Assembly: GCA_030141605.1 (NCBI GenBank)
Contig: JAQGDQ010000092.1
Coordinates: 248,001-312,000, forward strand
Source: Tubiluchus corallicola
Taxonomy: Eukaryota; Animalia; Priapulida
Reading direction: 5' to 3'
Length of the DNA: 64,000 nucleotides
Each line of letters begins with the position of its first letter. Within the stretch, counting starts at the first letter, position 1. The translations under genes and the position numbers were made by a program. Under the pieces are notes generated by a model. It did not search any database, had not been told where the DNA came from, and saw only the letters and a list, made by a program, of their open reading frames with translations. Shown here in pieces: positions 1 through 13,509 of this stretch.

Positions 1-2250
1 GCTTGCCACTGTCTGGAACTAACAAATAGATGATTGGTCCCCCCTTTTCTTTAGCTCGGTCAGCGACTACCATCGATTAACCAAACTTCCCCTAATCGTC
101 AGATCGTTACGGTAGGCCTTTACTAGCTGGTAAAGTAACACTTTAGAAACTATTTCGAGTGATGAACACAAAATGCAGCTTTAAGTTACTTCGGTATCAC
201 GAGGTATAGAATTCTGCGTTAATAACACAAAAACATTCTCTCGAAATTTTATTTAACGCCTGAAAATAGCGGCATGTGCTAATTTTGTTAAACAATATAA
301 GTAATGAATTCCATCAGTGCAGATTGCTCTTATTAGACTGCACAAAAAAATTTTCTTATTAGACTGAAATTTCTGATTACGCAACAAACATTAACGATAT
401 GTAAAGACCAACAGCAATATAAGAGAAACTTCAGAAAAGCCTAGAAAATGATTACCTTTACGTTTGCATTTAAAAGCACATGTGCATGGTGCATACAGGC
501 AGAAAGAAGAAAGACAGAAATAAACATCTGTGCAAACGTCCGTGTATATATCAGTAAACACAGTTACACAGACGTCATACTATTACATTCCTCAGCAATT
601 CTGATTCATCATATTTTGCGGGATTATTCAAATTACGTTACACGTGTTTTTCTGAATGGTCAATTGTGATACCCATTTGCATTAAATACCAAAACTTTTG
701 TTTGCTCTTTTGGTTTCCTCCTATTTTTTGCTCCTTCTTTCCTTTGTCTGTTTAATGCTTTTTTAATTTCATTACTGTTTGTCCTTTTCCGTCGTTCAGC
801 CACTTTCTTTCATTGCTTTTTTCCATTTTTCCTTTTTATGCCTATTTTTTTATCTCTTTTTGTTCTCTTAGTATCTCTTTTTCTCCTTTCTTCTGTGGTT
901 TCTTTTTCTGCCCTCTTTCTTCTTTGTTCCTTTTTCGCGTTTCCCTGTCTCTTCGGCCATTTATTTCATAGCATTTTTCTCTTCTTTTCTACAATAATAT
1001 GCTGATTCTCCTTGTTTTTCGTTTCTTCTGATGTACTTCACACGTTGTTAGCTTCATATGCCTAATGATCCATTTTTAGTTCAGTCAGATCGTATACTAT
1101 AGGAGACGATATCAAGTTAATTAACTCCCATAGAGAATAAAGATAATATTCTGCACAGTAATAACTCGTGGACAGGCCAAACTGAGAGTACTTTCTGGAC
1201 GAGTAAAATGAAATATTAATTTCTCTCCGCGAGTTTCAATCTCTGCAGTTGGTTTCATATCATGACGGCAAAATTGGGTTTCACTTTTACCAACACGCAA
1301 ACACAGAAATGCCACTAAAAGCCAATTTGTGAAATTGCTTGAGCTCGCAAAAGCTATTAATGAATTCAGTGAATATTATTCTGAATGGGATGGAACGATT
1401 TCTGCGACCAACACAAAGAAATGGTGCAGCGTGATTGGTTTATGATTGCGCCAAATTTTCGAGGAAAGCATTGTGGTATAAAATGAAGGCACTTCAGAAA
1501 AGTGCTCCGCGACCATGGCATCTGTTCGCCTTGTATAGACCTATCCGTGAGTTCAAGTAGTGGGCAACTGTTGCACCCAGAAAGTAAAAATAAGATTCGG
1601 ATACCTTACTTTGGGCACAAATGAGAGTCAGTTTAGCAAGGTTAACAAATAGTTATTGAAACAAATCCGGAAGGTAACACTGCAACCGAGGTAATTGTTT
1701 GTTTACTATTCAAAGAAAAGAATCAATTCCTACGCTCTAGGTGACCTGCAAATTACCAGAAAACGACTACAAACCAACAGACGCAAGCTAAAAAACCATT
1801 GATGTCAAAACTGTATTAACAAAGTATTTTTAGGGCTCACTTCTATTGCTTCACTACTTGGTATTGAGATCGAAACTACGATTCAGAACCGATAATTTTC
1901 TAAGTAAGTTGTGGTTTGTTCAGTGTTTCTGTGTGTTTAAACTCATCTGTTGGTGACTCTAACACTCTAACTCAACCTAAGCCAACCCAAATTAACTTAA
2001 CCCTAAGTTCACGTAACAAGGGGTTTGTTTACTTCGTTAAATCACTTATGAAATATGAGTGCTTGGCTTTCTTGGGTAGATTATGACAACAGCTGACTCA
2101 GATTAACGCAATTCAAGTGCCCTCAGCTAGTAAATAAAAATGTCGTAACCCGGGTAAATTTGATAAACAGTGTTTCTTGCACGTGATTTTCATTGGTCAG
2201 TAACGATTTGTTAGAAATAAAGTAACTGATTTGTTTCTGAGGAACCTGAG

Positions 2251-2547
2251 TCTCAATAACGTGACGAACACAGGGGCTGTTGTTGATAACAATATGGTAC
2301 TTTTCTTTGCTTACGTTTCGACGCAGACTTGCAACATCACCAGACACACGCGTTCATCAGTTTATAATTTATAGTTTATAGTTTACAGTATACTATGGGA
2401 TGATATTTATGATATTTAAACGTATATTTCTAGCTGGCTTGTGAAAGTTGTCTGATAATGATACAAGTCTGCATCGAAACGAAAGCAACAAAGAAGTACC
2501 ATGTTGTTTTCAACAATATTGCCGTTGAGTTGTTTGCATTATTGAGA
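2251..2547. repeat. ~97-bp inverted repeat with degenerate hammerhead-like core (Penelope pLTR-like)
   Basis: 2251-2346 is the reverse complement of 2449-2547. The arms contain CTGATAA..CGAAAC (plus) and CTGGTGA..CGAAAC (minus). Confidence 0.6.
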
Positions 2548-2956
2548 AAAAAGTAAATTCCTTTAAGGGCTGTTCATGCTCATATTAATCACGTTATATT
2601 ATCACATAAGGCAATTTTCGTTAAGGCAAAATCGATGCGGATTTTTACAGCAGTTGCAGTTCACGAAAGAATTGAGATTTAGCCTCACTTAAGATATAAA
2701 GCTTGGAGACTCCATAAAGCGTGGACGTTTAAAAGTTACGCCAAGCTGCGTACCAAAGCAAAACTCGGGACTTTGGGTTACAAGAACAAAAAAGAAGAAT
2801 TTATATGTGCCTTTTAATTATTTAGTAGCAAGGTATTTATGAAAGTAAAAAATTAAATAATGAAGTTATTACTCATTACAAGGGACATAGACCTACTATA
2901 TTGCCATGCTGGCTTCATTGTCCCCATTAATTATATCTGTATAATTTATTTCGATG

Positions 2957-2978
2957 GTATATACATATACATATACAT

Positions 2979-3061
<83 letters not shown>

Positions 3062-3134
3062 TATATACATATACATATATACACACACATATACATATAC
3101 ATATACACACATACATATACATATACATATACAC

Positions 3135-3225
<91 letters not shown>

Positions 3226-3292
3226 TGCATATATATACATATATATACATATATATACATATATATACATATATAACATATATACATATATA
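2957..3292. repeat. (TACATA)n microsatellite
   Basis: Direct reading; it explains the YT/IH/CI/MY ORFs. Confidence 0.98.
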
Positions 3293-3489
3293 ACTGACGA
3301 GGCTGCAGCTCCGACGACGGCACCATTCTCGACGATCTTACGTCAAACGAAAGGTCTCCACCCACAGGTTCCCACCTGGGGTACTATTTTTCGAATCGGA
3401 CCCACCGGGAAGAACGGGGGCGAAAAACCTCCAAAATGGCCCTTTTTGACCATTTTTCGCAAAAATTTGCAAAACTTATACCTCTTATT

Positions 3490-4101
3490 TCTAGAGAACG
3501 GGAATGTGCCGGAGGCGATGCATGCTGGTAATGGTTGAATAGCCCGTTCGATGGTGTGGGTAATAGTCATACTTAGATTTTGCGGAGGGCCAATAATACC
3601 TGCTACGAGCATTTTCCTGCCAACGATGCAAATTTTGCTGGAAACTGCTCAAACAGCCTCTAGAAAAATTCAATTTGTGCAACTGCCTGGGCAGGTTTCG
3701 AAATTCTCTTTCTACCCCCTGTGCTGCACGCTATTTGGAACATCCATTGTCTGAGTTCGAGAAATTACAGGGCTGTTCCAGGCATTGTCTTCACACGTCA
3801 GTCTACAGTGTTGTACATGTAACTAAGTTCTGTTAGCCTAATTATCATCTGAGAAGCAGCAAACAAAACTATGTAGATTGTCTGAGCATTATTGATCATT
3901 GGTAGTTTCGACTTTGTGAAAAATATTTTGAATGGTTTCGTTGTGATACTGTACTGTTGGTTATTTGTGCTGTAGGTGTCGTCATTGTTTCATTATCATC
4001 ATCGTCGTCGTCGTCTTCAACAACATGATCACCATGTGATGTCGTGGAGGTGTGGTGAGTGTGCCTGTGGGTGTTGTGTTGTGGATAGTGTGGTGGGGTG
4101 G

Positions 4102-4136
<35 letters not shown>

Positions 4137-4780
4137 TGTGTGTGTGTCTGTGTGTGTGCGCGCGCGCGCGTGCGTGCGGTGTTGGTGGAGTGGTGTGAGT
4201 AGTGTGGGTGGGTGTAGTGTGGTGTGTTGTGGGTGGTGTGCTAGTGTGGGTGGTGTGGTGTTGTGGTATGGTGTGGGAGGTGTGGTGTGGTGTGGGTGGT
4301 GCGTTGTGAGTGGAATGGTGGGTTGGTGAGGTGTGGTGCGGGTGGTGTGTTGTAAGGTGGTGAGTGGTTGTGTGGGTGTGATGTGGGTGGTGTGTTGTGA
4401 CTAGGGTGGTGGATGGTTGTGAGGGTGTGGTATGGTGTGGGTTGTTGTTGTAAGTTTATGCGCATAATTCTTTTGCGGGGTTTGGCTAGTCTGTATAATT
4501 AATTTCGGTGGTATAGGCTTAATAAATATATATAATTAGAATGGGAATGGGCCATGGATGGTGCTGGTAATGGTTAACTAGCCCGTTCAACGATGGGTGT
4601 AGTACACATATTTAGAATTCGCGGAAGAGCCACGGCGTCCCGTAATGGGCGTTTCCCGGACACAACTCCCGATTTTTTCGAAATTTTGGTCAAATAGCCT
4701 GCAGAAGACACGTTTTAGCAGCGCCTGTTGGTAGTCGCGGAAGAAGATATACAGCTCTTTAGAAAGAATGGGAACACGAT
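3490..4780. repeat. GC-richer repeat element: two diverged ~170-bp direct repeats bracketing a GT-rich low-complexity tract
   Basis: gctggtaatggttgaatagcccgttcga (about 3524) versus gctggtaatggttaactagcccgttcaa (about 4563), with continued similarity downstream. (GT)n/GGT tract at about 4040-4450. Confidence 0.65.
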
Positions 4781-6437
4781 GATGTGGACTGAATTTTATG
4801 GCGCTTCCACCGTGAGGAGCTGTGACGAGTTGATTCGAGGTTCCATTTCGGGCGATTTTCGCTTGGAAAACTGCTGAGGAAAATGCATTGTTCTGACGTC
4901 ATCCTTTGTACTCTGCCTATAACTTTAAAACTTTAATTCAGTAAAAGCTGCTGCTGGCTTTGCTTTAAGTAAATAAACGAACACTAAATAGAATGTTCGC
5001 ACATTGTTGATTATAAGTGGATTTATACGCAAAATTTTGCTGTATCTTTGCTATTTATTGTATTATTGTATATAGTAGAACCAATTATACTTCAATGTAG
5101 TTGTTAAATTTATTTTAAGATACGTTAATATATCTACAAAATAAGTGATCAGCATCAATTTATTAATATAAATAATAATCTATACTCTGTTGTCTTAGCA
5201 GCAGCGGCATTAGGCTGTGACTACTTTGGACTTTGTTGACACTTTGCGTTTTGTGTTTTCCAATATGATGTTGGAGTAAAAAGATTTGGCAATCGTTTCA
5301 GTTACTTAGCTTCAAGTTCTTATGAGTTCCGCACTAATTTCTCAAAATCTAAAATCGAAACTGAAAGTTCGACTGTCTAAATGAATTTATACTGCTTACA
5401 GTTACCTAACTTTTACAGCTGGGAGGCTTTACATACCGTGCCAAGCACATCGTGCCATGCTTAAACCGGATAATTTCTAAACTTTATTCTTTATTAATAA
5501 TTCATCGTGGTTGAATAATAAATTAATCGTATTAAATATTAATAAAGCGCGCTCTAATGAACTAGATCTTCAATAGTCGGGTCAAATAACATAACGAGTT
5601 TTATGCAATTACTGTAGATATAATTATAATATATACAGCAAGGGGCTCATTTCTGCATGGCATTTTCCCTTGAAGGCTTTCCTGCGTGCAGTCAGCCGAA
5701 ATGTATAGAAAAGGCGACTGAACGTGTACTTGTGTGTAACTCTTAAAGCACAAGAAAGCCCTCCACTTACATAAAGCTTAAAAAATTCGTCTTGAAATTT
5801 TATACCACTTACATGCTACCTTTTTGCATGCAGAGCTTGCGTCGGCATGCTGTATAAAACTTGTAAATTTGAACTCCCGTGATGACAGTTTACCAACTAA
5901 GTAAAATTTCAAACTTCTTTCAATAAGATGAAAAATGCGTTTTTTTGTTAGTGAGTGGCACACCCTGGAAGGTGAGCCAGCGACATTTTACCAATTGGCA
6001 CGAACATTTTAAATTATTATTTCTAGTTACATAAGTCTATCCAGCAGGTAAGCGAAATGCTAATTAATATAGATTTGCATGTAATGGCACTGTCGGAACA
6101 GCATTGTGAGAGATTAAAAATGAAAACAAACAAAAATTCCTTTTACGGATGAGTACGAAAAATACATAAATTTGCTGTAAAGTATATAATTTTTAAGGCG
6201 ATTTTTCTGAAACCTACCTCGGGTACCCCTTTTCTTGTCCTTTATCCGTCTTGCTCCATTCATACGTGATTATTGCCTATACCTAGATGGTTGTAACTGG
6301 AACAGCACCAACTTTGTCATTAAAGATGATTCCCTAAGATGAGAAACTGAACGAGAGGTGTCTTGCTTACGTTTGAATGTATAAACACCTCAATGGGGGA
6401 ATAGACAGTGTGGCAGGATAACATAAGGTGGTTGCTT

Positions 6438-6825
6438 ATCAATTTACTGGCCGAATTCGACGTTAACATCGGCCGCTGAGCACACATCATGACCAGTTAG
6501 CTATTCCCTAAGCTGAGTCCCTATTTCACTGAGGAACGAGGTTGAATCTCGATAAAGAATTACATGCGACGCCGTCACCGTTGTCGGCTAAATCGTCATG
6601 CACATCGCTGCACTGCCCCAACATAGAGGCAATTTTCCGGCTGATCGCCCATCAATTTACTAGCCCAGATCGGCCGCTGAGCACACACCATAACCAGTTA
6701 GCTATTTCCCTAGGCTGTGTCCCTATTCCCCCTGATGACCGAGGTTGTGCCTCAGTCAATAATTACATGCGATGCCGTTACTGTTGTCGGCTAAATCGTT
6801 GTGCACTCTACTGCACTACCCTAAC
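6438..6825. repeat. Tandem duplication of a ~180-bp unit
   Basis: atcaatttact..atcggccgctgagcacac..accagttagctatt..aattacatgcga..gttgtcggctaaatcgt..ctgcact occurs at about 6438-6622 and about 6651-6825. Confidence 0.85.
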
Positions 6826-8439
6826 TGTAGCAGCATTCAATATTACATGGCACCTTCCCTATACGATGCTACAAAGTTTTTTTGCCATTGATGTTCTAGT
6901 AGCAACGGCAGATACAAAACCAACTAGAAACAGAAGTTTGTATGGCGGAATTTTAAGCAATGTTTACTCTCAATATTCTGCAATTAATGTAGACGCCAAT
7001 GACAGTGGTTTAATTCAATGCAGCGTAACTTTGTCAATGTGGCAGTCCTTGGTAGACAGAAGACTCAATAATTGATCAAGTAAGCAAGCAAAATTTATTT
7101 CGAATCAATTTACTGAATTACACATTATTTGCCTTCCTAAAATATCAAACGAAGTGTAAAACAAACGCAGAACTACTAAAAAACAAAATTAATTCAATTC
7201 AATTTAATAATTAATTCAAACTAAAGTTTAATTATGAAAACTCACAAAATACATCACTGTTTATCTGTCAGATGCTACAAAATATAAAAATGTAAAAATT
7301 AATTAGAAGTCGGATCATTCAGTCAGAATCAATAACCAATCAATTTGCATATTTCGATTTCGCGACTGGGTCCACAGAATTGCGTTTAAACTTTTAAGCT
7401 TTCTAAGCGAAGTACGTCATGAACTGAAAAATAACGTCGACTCAAGAGCCCTTCTACTTCCCCTTTCATTCTGGTCAATTAAGTTCCTAAAGCAATGCCT
7501 CCTTTCATTCCACATTCTTGACAGTTAATGGAGTTGCCCATTAAACGAATTCTTGGCTTTTCCGAACTTTGATTGAGGTTAACGCTCAAAAAACGGCAAC
7601 TGTCATGGCACACTTATTGCATTTATCGAAAAACCTTAGAAGACGACAGTTCTTTCACCTGAACATCGTAGCTATTTAACCACACAGAAAGAGATCAATA
7701 TCTTGCAATTAACAAACAAAGAGAAACTTAAAAAACTCTGGAGGTGCCTTTCAGTCACAGTACAAACGAATATCATATCAATAAAAGGAAACATACTCAA
7801 CGGCGGGCGAAAATGCTGGTAGTTCGGAGGTGAAGGATAGTATTTATGTTCACCTGTATACATACTATATAATTCATTAGCACTACAATTGCGATTACTA
7901 TCACTGCTTTTTGTAGTTATATTAAAACTGACCACCATTTAAGTACAGGTATAGTAAATTACGATTGGATCAAAATGAATTTGCCTTCACCTTTTCCATT
8001 TTATACTGTATTCAGACTTTGTGTGCTAAGTGCCGTTGCCACGCGCCACATGCTACGTCATCTCCATTTTTACAAATAATTCTTCTACCATTTGGTAATC
8101 TGGTTTAGCCAAATGAACTTTGTCTTTTAGACAAAACACCATTTGGTTTATAGACAGCTTCGATTTGTCGTGAAACGAGCTGCATCCCAAAATGTTGAAA
8201 AATTGTTACTAAAGAGGTTTTGCTTAATTTGCTTTTGAAAGATAATGTCTTCTTTAAAGAGGGATTCAAATTGGCGATGAAAGCAAGCAATTGTCTACTA
8301 TGACCATGACAGTTGGCGTACATTTGAACTAAACTGCATTTCCTAGGCAGCGAATAAAAAAGTTCTGAATTAGAATGAAAGTGTGTTTGAACACTAACTT
8401 GTTTGTAAAGGTTACAGAACGGAAAGATATTTTGCATGC

Positions 8440-8860
8440 ACGTATCAAATTCCGCATCGACTGACCGGATGAGATTTTCAATCTCCCATGTTGAATTCAA
8501 GATGGCGACGATAACATCATTTTCGAAAAAGCGTAAGGCTCCGCTAGTTCGCATCAGATCGCCATGAAACTTTACAGAATATACTAGAATGCATTGCGCA
8601 TCAATTGACGCAACTGGATTTTCGATCTGTCATTTTGAATTCAAGATGGCGGCGATAACTTTATTTTTGAAAAAACCCAAAGCTCCGCCATATTCGCAAT
8701 GGATCGTCATAACACTTTATAGGAACATGCTAGAATGAGAATGAATTCTGTATCGATTGACAGAGTCAGATTTTCCATTTGCCATCTTAGATTCAAGTCC
8801 ATGATCTTGAGTTCAGCGAGTCCCAAGATCAATAGTTCAAGTCGAACTAGTTTTGAACAA
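8440..8860 (+). repeat. Interspersed repeat made of ~140-bp tandem units containing gaattcAAGATGGCG
   Basis: ttgaattcaagatggcg at about 8491 and about 8635, with a third diverged unit following. Confidence 0.75.
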
Positions 8861-9724
8861 GTAATTTGACACAAGTTGATCTTGTGATTTTAGCTAACTT
8901 GTCGGCTCTCCAAAGCTGCTTTCTTGTTAAGCTGCGTAATACGACAATGCTTTCAATTTTTCACAAACATTATAACTTTTATGATCTCTGCTCGTGAATC
9001 ATTCAGATGTATAAATTGTAACGCTACTCAGCCTTTCCATCGTTCCACGTTCAAGTAACACCGGAACCTTGAAGAACTATGTCATTAAAGGAAACCCACA
9101 AATGTTTTAGTTGTCCAACTTTTGTAAGTAACTTTCAACGAAAATTTGTTTGTGTAATGAGGCATCTCGCTATTCAACGAAAAAATTTGCAAATTGCGCA
9201 GTATTCTGTCGGTAATTTTGTTAGTTGTTATAAATCGTTAAAGGTATCCTTACCCGCATCCAATTTCAAGTGTACTTGTTTTTAGTTACTTAGATACTTG
9301 TAAACGAATCACTGTTTTTGCTACAAAAATGTAGAGAAATGGGGCGAGACATTTTTAAAGAAGTTAGTAATTGTTCGTTTACTGGTTTAGTCAATGTGAT
9401 TTTTTCACGTGGCAGGTCTATCAATTACTGCAGGAAAAATTGTCCTGTTCTCTGGCTAGTCAAGAATTTCAAGTGCATGAGAGATCGGCTGCAGAACATG
9501 AACTTTACGAGGAAGGCTCGAATCATAAATCATAATTATTCTCGAACGAGACGACTTGATTAAAATGAAATTTGAAATTTTCTAAGGTCATCTTTTCTTT
9601 CTTCAGAGGTTACGTTGCCAATTTGTACTAAGTCGTGACACTGTGAGATACGTTAGACTTCACTGTTATTACAGAATTTAATTGCAGTATTTAATTTTTT
9701 GGAATTAGTAACATGATTAAGCAA

Positions 9725-10100
9725 CGTAATGGTGATAATGATGAATTAATAACGACAAGATGATGACAACGATGGCGGTGAAGATGACATTAAAAACATA
9801 GTGGATGACGTTGGTGTTGACGATGATGATGACGATGGTGACGACGATGACGAAGATGATGCCGGCTATAACGATGATGATGATGATAATGACGACGACG
9901 ACAATTACTTAGATGAGCACTATAGCGACAATTAGCTTGATGGTAGTAACGATAGACATGATAATGAACATCGAAAAGAGCGATAACGACGGTGCTAATG
10001 ATAACAATGATGATGATTATGGTAGCGACGATGGCAAATGTAACGACGACCATCTTGATGATGACAACGATGGTATACATGTTGAATGATGATGATGATA
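9725..10100. repeat. Degenerate (GAT/GAC)n trinucleotide tract
   Basis: Direct reading. Confidence 0.9.
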
Positions 10101-12440
10101 CTAAAGAGACTGACAGGAAATAAAAATAAACTGGCTTACTTCAGTGTACTTTCATTCCTTTTTTGCAGCAGGCTTCTCTAAACAATCAGAGATTCGATTT
10201 TTCAAATTTGCAGTCACGCATCGTGGACAGGCCTTCTGCCGAGCAAATTTACTCTTTTAGTTAGTAGGGACCATTTGGCTAAATTCCAAATCAAAGTAAC
10301 TTTTCTTCGTCAGGAAAACTCAATAGATCTGTATAGCATGGGGCACTTGATGAATGGAGGATCAAACAATCCATCAATAGTGGTGGTTTCTTGGTATTTC
10401 CTAGCAGGTTCCCGTTTTCTTATTGATTTTTCTCTCGTTCTGTTGCATCACATTGTTTAAAGTGCATGTGAAAATATCTTTTTAGATCAAGCGCTGAATT
10501 TAAGACTAAATATATTGACACTAGAACTGTTTTTATTCAAATTACTCAGGGAACTTTAGGCCGTAGTTATTAAAAGTTTTGTGATAGCCAAATAACCACA
10601 AAAAGTAATAAAGCTTGATCAACGTTTAATGCTGTTTGTTTACACATAATTTGTCCATACAAGCTAGATCAAACAGAATAATACACGAATAATCTGAGAA
10701 GAATCTTTAACCCTGATATAAAGTATAACATGTTTATTTTACTAAATTCGCTTACAATATCCATTGCATAGAACAAATATGCGTAATGAATTCTTCGGTT
10801 CCTTTTTTTCGCAAAATAATATTAATGTTGTATTATTTTTCGCAAAATAATATTAATGTTGTATTACACAAAGCCAGCAAGTTTTTATTTTTATATGTGT
10901 CACTTGAAACGTTTATTTATCATACTAGCTTTCTTTTTATAACTTTAAGTTTTTCTAATCTACTCTGATCTGTTTGACCCACAGTTCGTTACAGTATATG
11001 AGATAAAACAGCAAACACCAAAAAAGCGAAATAACCAGTTGGTTTGACTACTTCAACGTTGCTAGAACTGCACACAAGTTACTGAAGCTACTGGTGCTTA
11101 ATAACGTCATCGATTTCTTAAAGAAGCCCGTCACAGTTAATTAAGAAAATACGAACTTCGTTATAACTCCTATTGTTAGCACAAAGCAAAACATCTAGAT
11201 GCTATGCGTTCAATCAGACAGCTGACGAGGAAAAACGCTCACGGGCGAATTAGAGGAGACTTTTTTATGCCAAAAATAGATTTATAAGATTCTGCTAAAA
11301 TTTTTCAACGTTATGTGAATTTACAAAGAAAGGAAAGCAAATGAAAGAGTACGAGAAAAAACGTCATAAAAATGGCGCGTTATTGTTGTTTTGAAAATTA
11401 TTCTCCGCGCCATGGGTTTCGCTGTGGCTTTGAAACCATTTTTAATTCGTGAGCAGCAGATTCCAAGAGAATCTCTACACTAGTATAGACATGTATAGAC
11501 ATGACTTAACCACACTGGGCCAGGTATAGTCAAGTGATAAACACAGTCAGGGTTTGCGGATTTGGATCTGAATACATTGAGTTTCTTAATTTCAAAAGAA
11601 GAACAGGACCTAGAAGAACATGTTAAATGAAGAAAGTGACAAATTCGTGGTTAAATTAACAGCAAAATTCCGATTTAAGTTCAGACCCCGATGTGCAGCT
11701 GTTCATAATGCCTGCAATTCAATGCAATTAGAAATGCCATCACTTTAACAGGCGTGATTGCAGCCCCAAGTCCAACAAAAACTCGGAAACAAATTTAATT
11801 TTGGCCAAAATAAATGCTCTAATAGAGGCTAATTTCGTTCTGTGTAACTCAATTTGCCAATTCGATCGGTGTAGCGCTATAACCGACACACGCTAATTCA
11901 GATCCGATAAAAACTGCCCATTTCTTGACATGATTCTCTTGGCGGATCCATGACAAGATTTCCGTTTTTACAACACCTGGAATCTCAGGGGTACACACAC
12001 ATTCCTGTCCTATCAACAGACGCACTAAAAGTTCCACTTAGGAGTCTATTGTTACTTTTATCATAATTCTTTTTTATCTTTTTTCTTTCTGTTTTGTATT
12101 TGTTAGTTCAATATTTGTGCGATGTGAATTGTAGACTTACTGCAGCGTTTGTCGAGAGCATAATCACGTAATTTTAGGTTGCATTTAGACTTCGTTAGGA
12201 TAATTTGCTAAAATAATACACAATGACGAAACCAACTTAATTTGTCATGTCTCTATACAGAACGTTGTTCTAATGATTAATAATCAGACGTATGAATTCC
12301 GTCACATGAAATTAGCAAAACAGTTTGCGTTTTTCGTGCTACTTCTTGTGAGCGGGCAGTTGCATTTAAGATCTGTAAGGTGCGTGACCTGAAAATGGAA
12401 GTCTAAAAACAAAAAAAGTTGCACAACTGCATAAATCGCT

Positions 12441-13509
12441 CGGCCTCTAACCGTTGGGCCCCGCACATTTGGGCTCCAAACACAATTTGGGCCATCGGAC
12501 ATTTCGGACATTTGGGGCCTGGGCATTCGGACTTCAAACATTTGAATCCCAGCATTTGGGCTTCGGACGTGTGTACGTAGGTACGTCGATAGATAGGTAG
12601 GTACGTAAGTAGGCAAGTGGTTGTTGTACTTGTATTTGTACCACTTGTACTGTACTTGTACTTGTATTTGTACCACTTGTACTGTACTTGTACTTGTATT
12701 TGTACCACTTGTACTGTACTTGTACTTGTACCACTTGTACCGCTTAAAGCATTCACTGCCATGGTGTCGCCGCTCAAGTGCACACAATGACCCATTTGTC
12801 CACTGGCTCAGTGTCCACTACCCAAGTGCTAATATCCGAATGGTAAAAACTAAGTCATAGAAGGAAGATTCTGCTATAGTATTCGAACAACTCGAGTAAT
12901 GACAGCAATAGAAGCCGAATAAGAAATACAATTATCCAAATTTACAGTATGGACGTGTCACCTTAACTCCGCAGCTCAAGGTCAATGGTCCATTAACACC
13001 TTTTCCCGACTGTATACCTTGTAAGTTTCTTGACTGTAACTTGCAAGCTCTGAAGCTTATTAAGCCGGCCTCATTTTCGAACAGTTGAGGCGTTATTAGA
13101 CATGAGACCTCCTCGGTCTACGAAAACAACTAAGGATTTCCGTCACAACACCAATAGAAGGTATCACCCTCGAAGATTCTAAGATTAAAGTTATTACCTT
13201 GTACACTTCGAGGTGATTTTGCATAAATTTGGTGCAACACTGCAACACATGCCTTTGGTACATCCTGCAGTTGATGTCAAAAGCTAGCACAGTTTTGCTT
13301 TACCATAAAATAAATTCGGTTCGATTCAAATATTGCACACAATCGGGAAGATCCATACAACCTTGATCTTCCCCTGAAGTCAATGATAAAAAAATGTCAG
13401 GAGCCCAAATAGCAAGGCCAAAATGCTGGAGCTCAAATTGTCTGGAGCCCAGGTGCTGAGGTCTAAATATCTGGGGCCCAAATGCCGGGGCCCAAGTGTC
13501 CTAGAATCG
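12441..13509. mobile_element. Foldback-type element whose inverted arms are built of ~15-bp CATTTGGGCCCC-like tandem units
   Basis: The left arm (about 12441-12570, ttgggccccgcacatttgggctcc...) is the reverse complement of the right arm (about 13395-13509, ...ggggcccaaatgccggggcccaagtgtcc). Internal GTACTT-based minisatellite at about 12620-12740. No TSD identified; superfamily unknown. Confidence 0.65.

Noticed and set aside
2860-3538. Overlapping YT/IH/CI/MY-repeat ORFs (also at 44362-44799)
   Set aside because: Artefacts of (TACATA)n arrays.
6218-6333. Minus-strand segment AIITYEWSKTDKGQEKGYP with a GTAGGT donor, faintly like neurexin LamG6 ITYxW
   Set aside because: Two in-frame TAG stops separate it from the good acceptor, the nearer AG has no pyrimidine tract, and LamG6 is out of order here.
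6542-7075. 177-aa plus-strand ORF
   Set aside because: Non-ATG start, overlaps a tandem duplication, no recognisable domain or splice structure.
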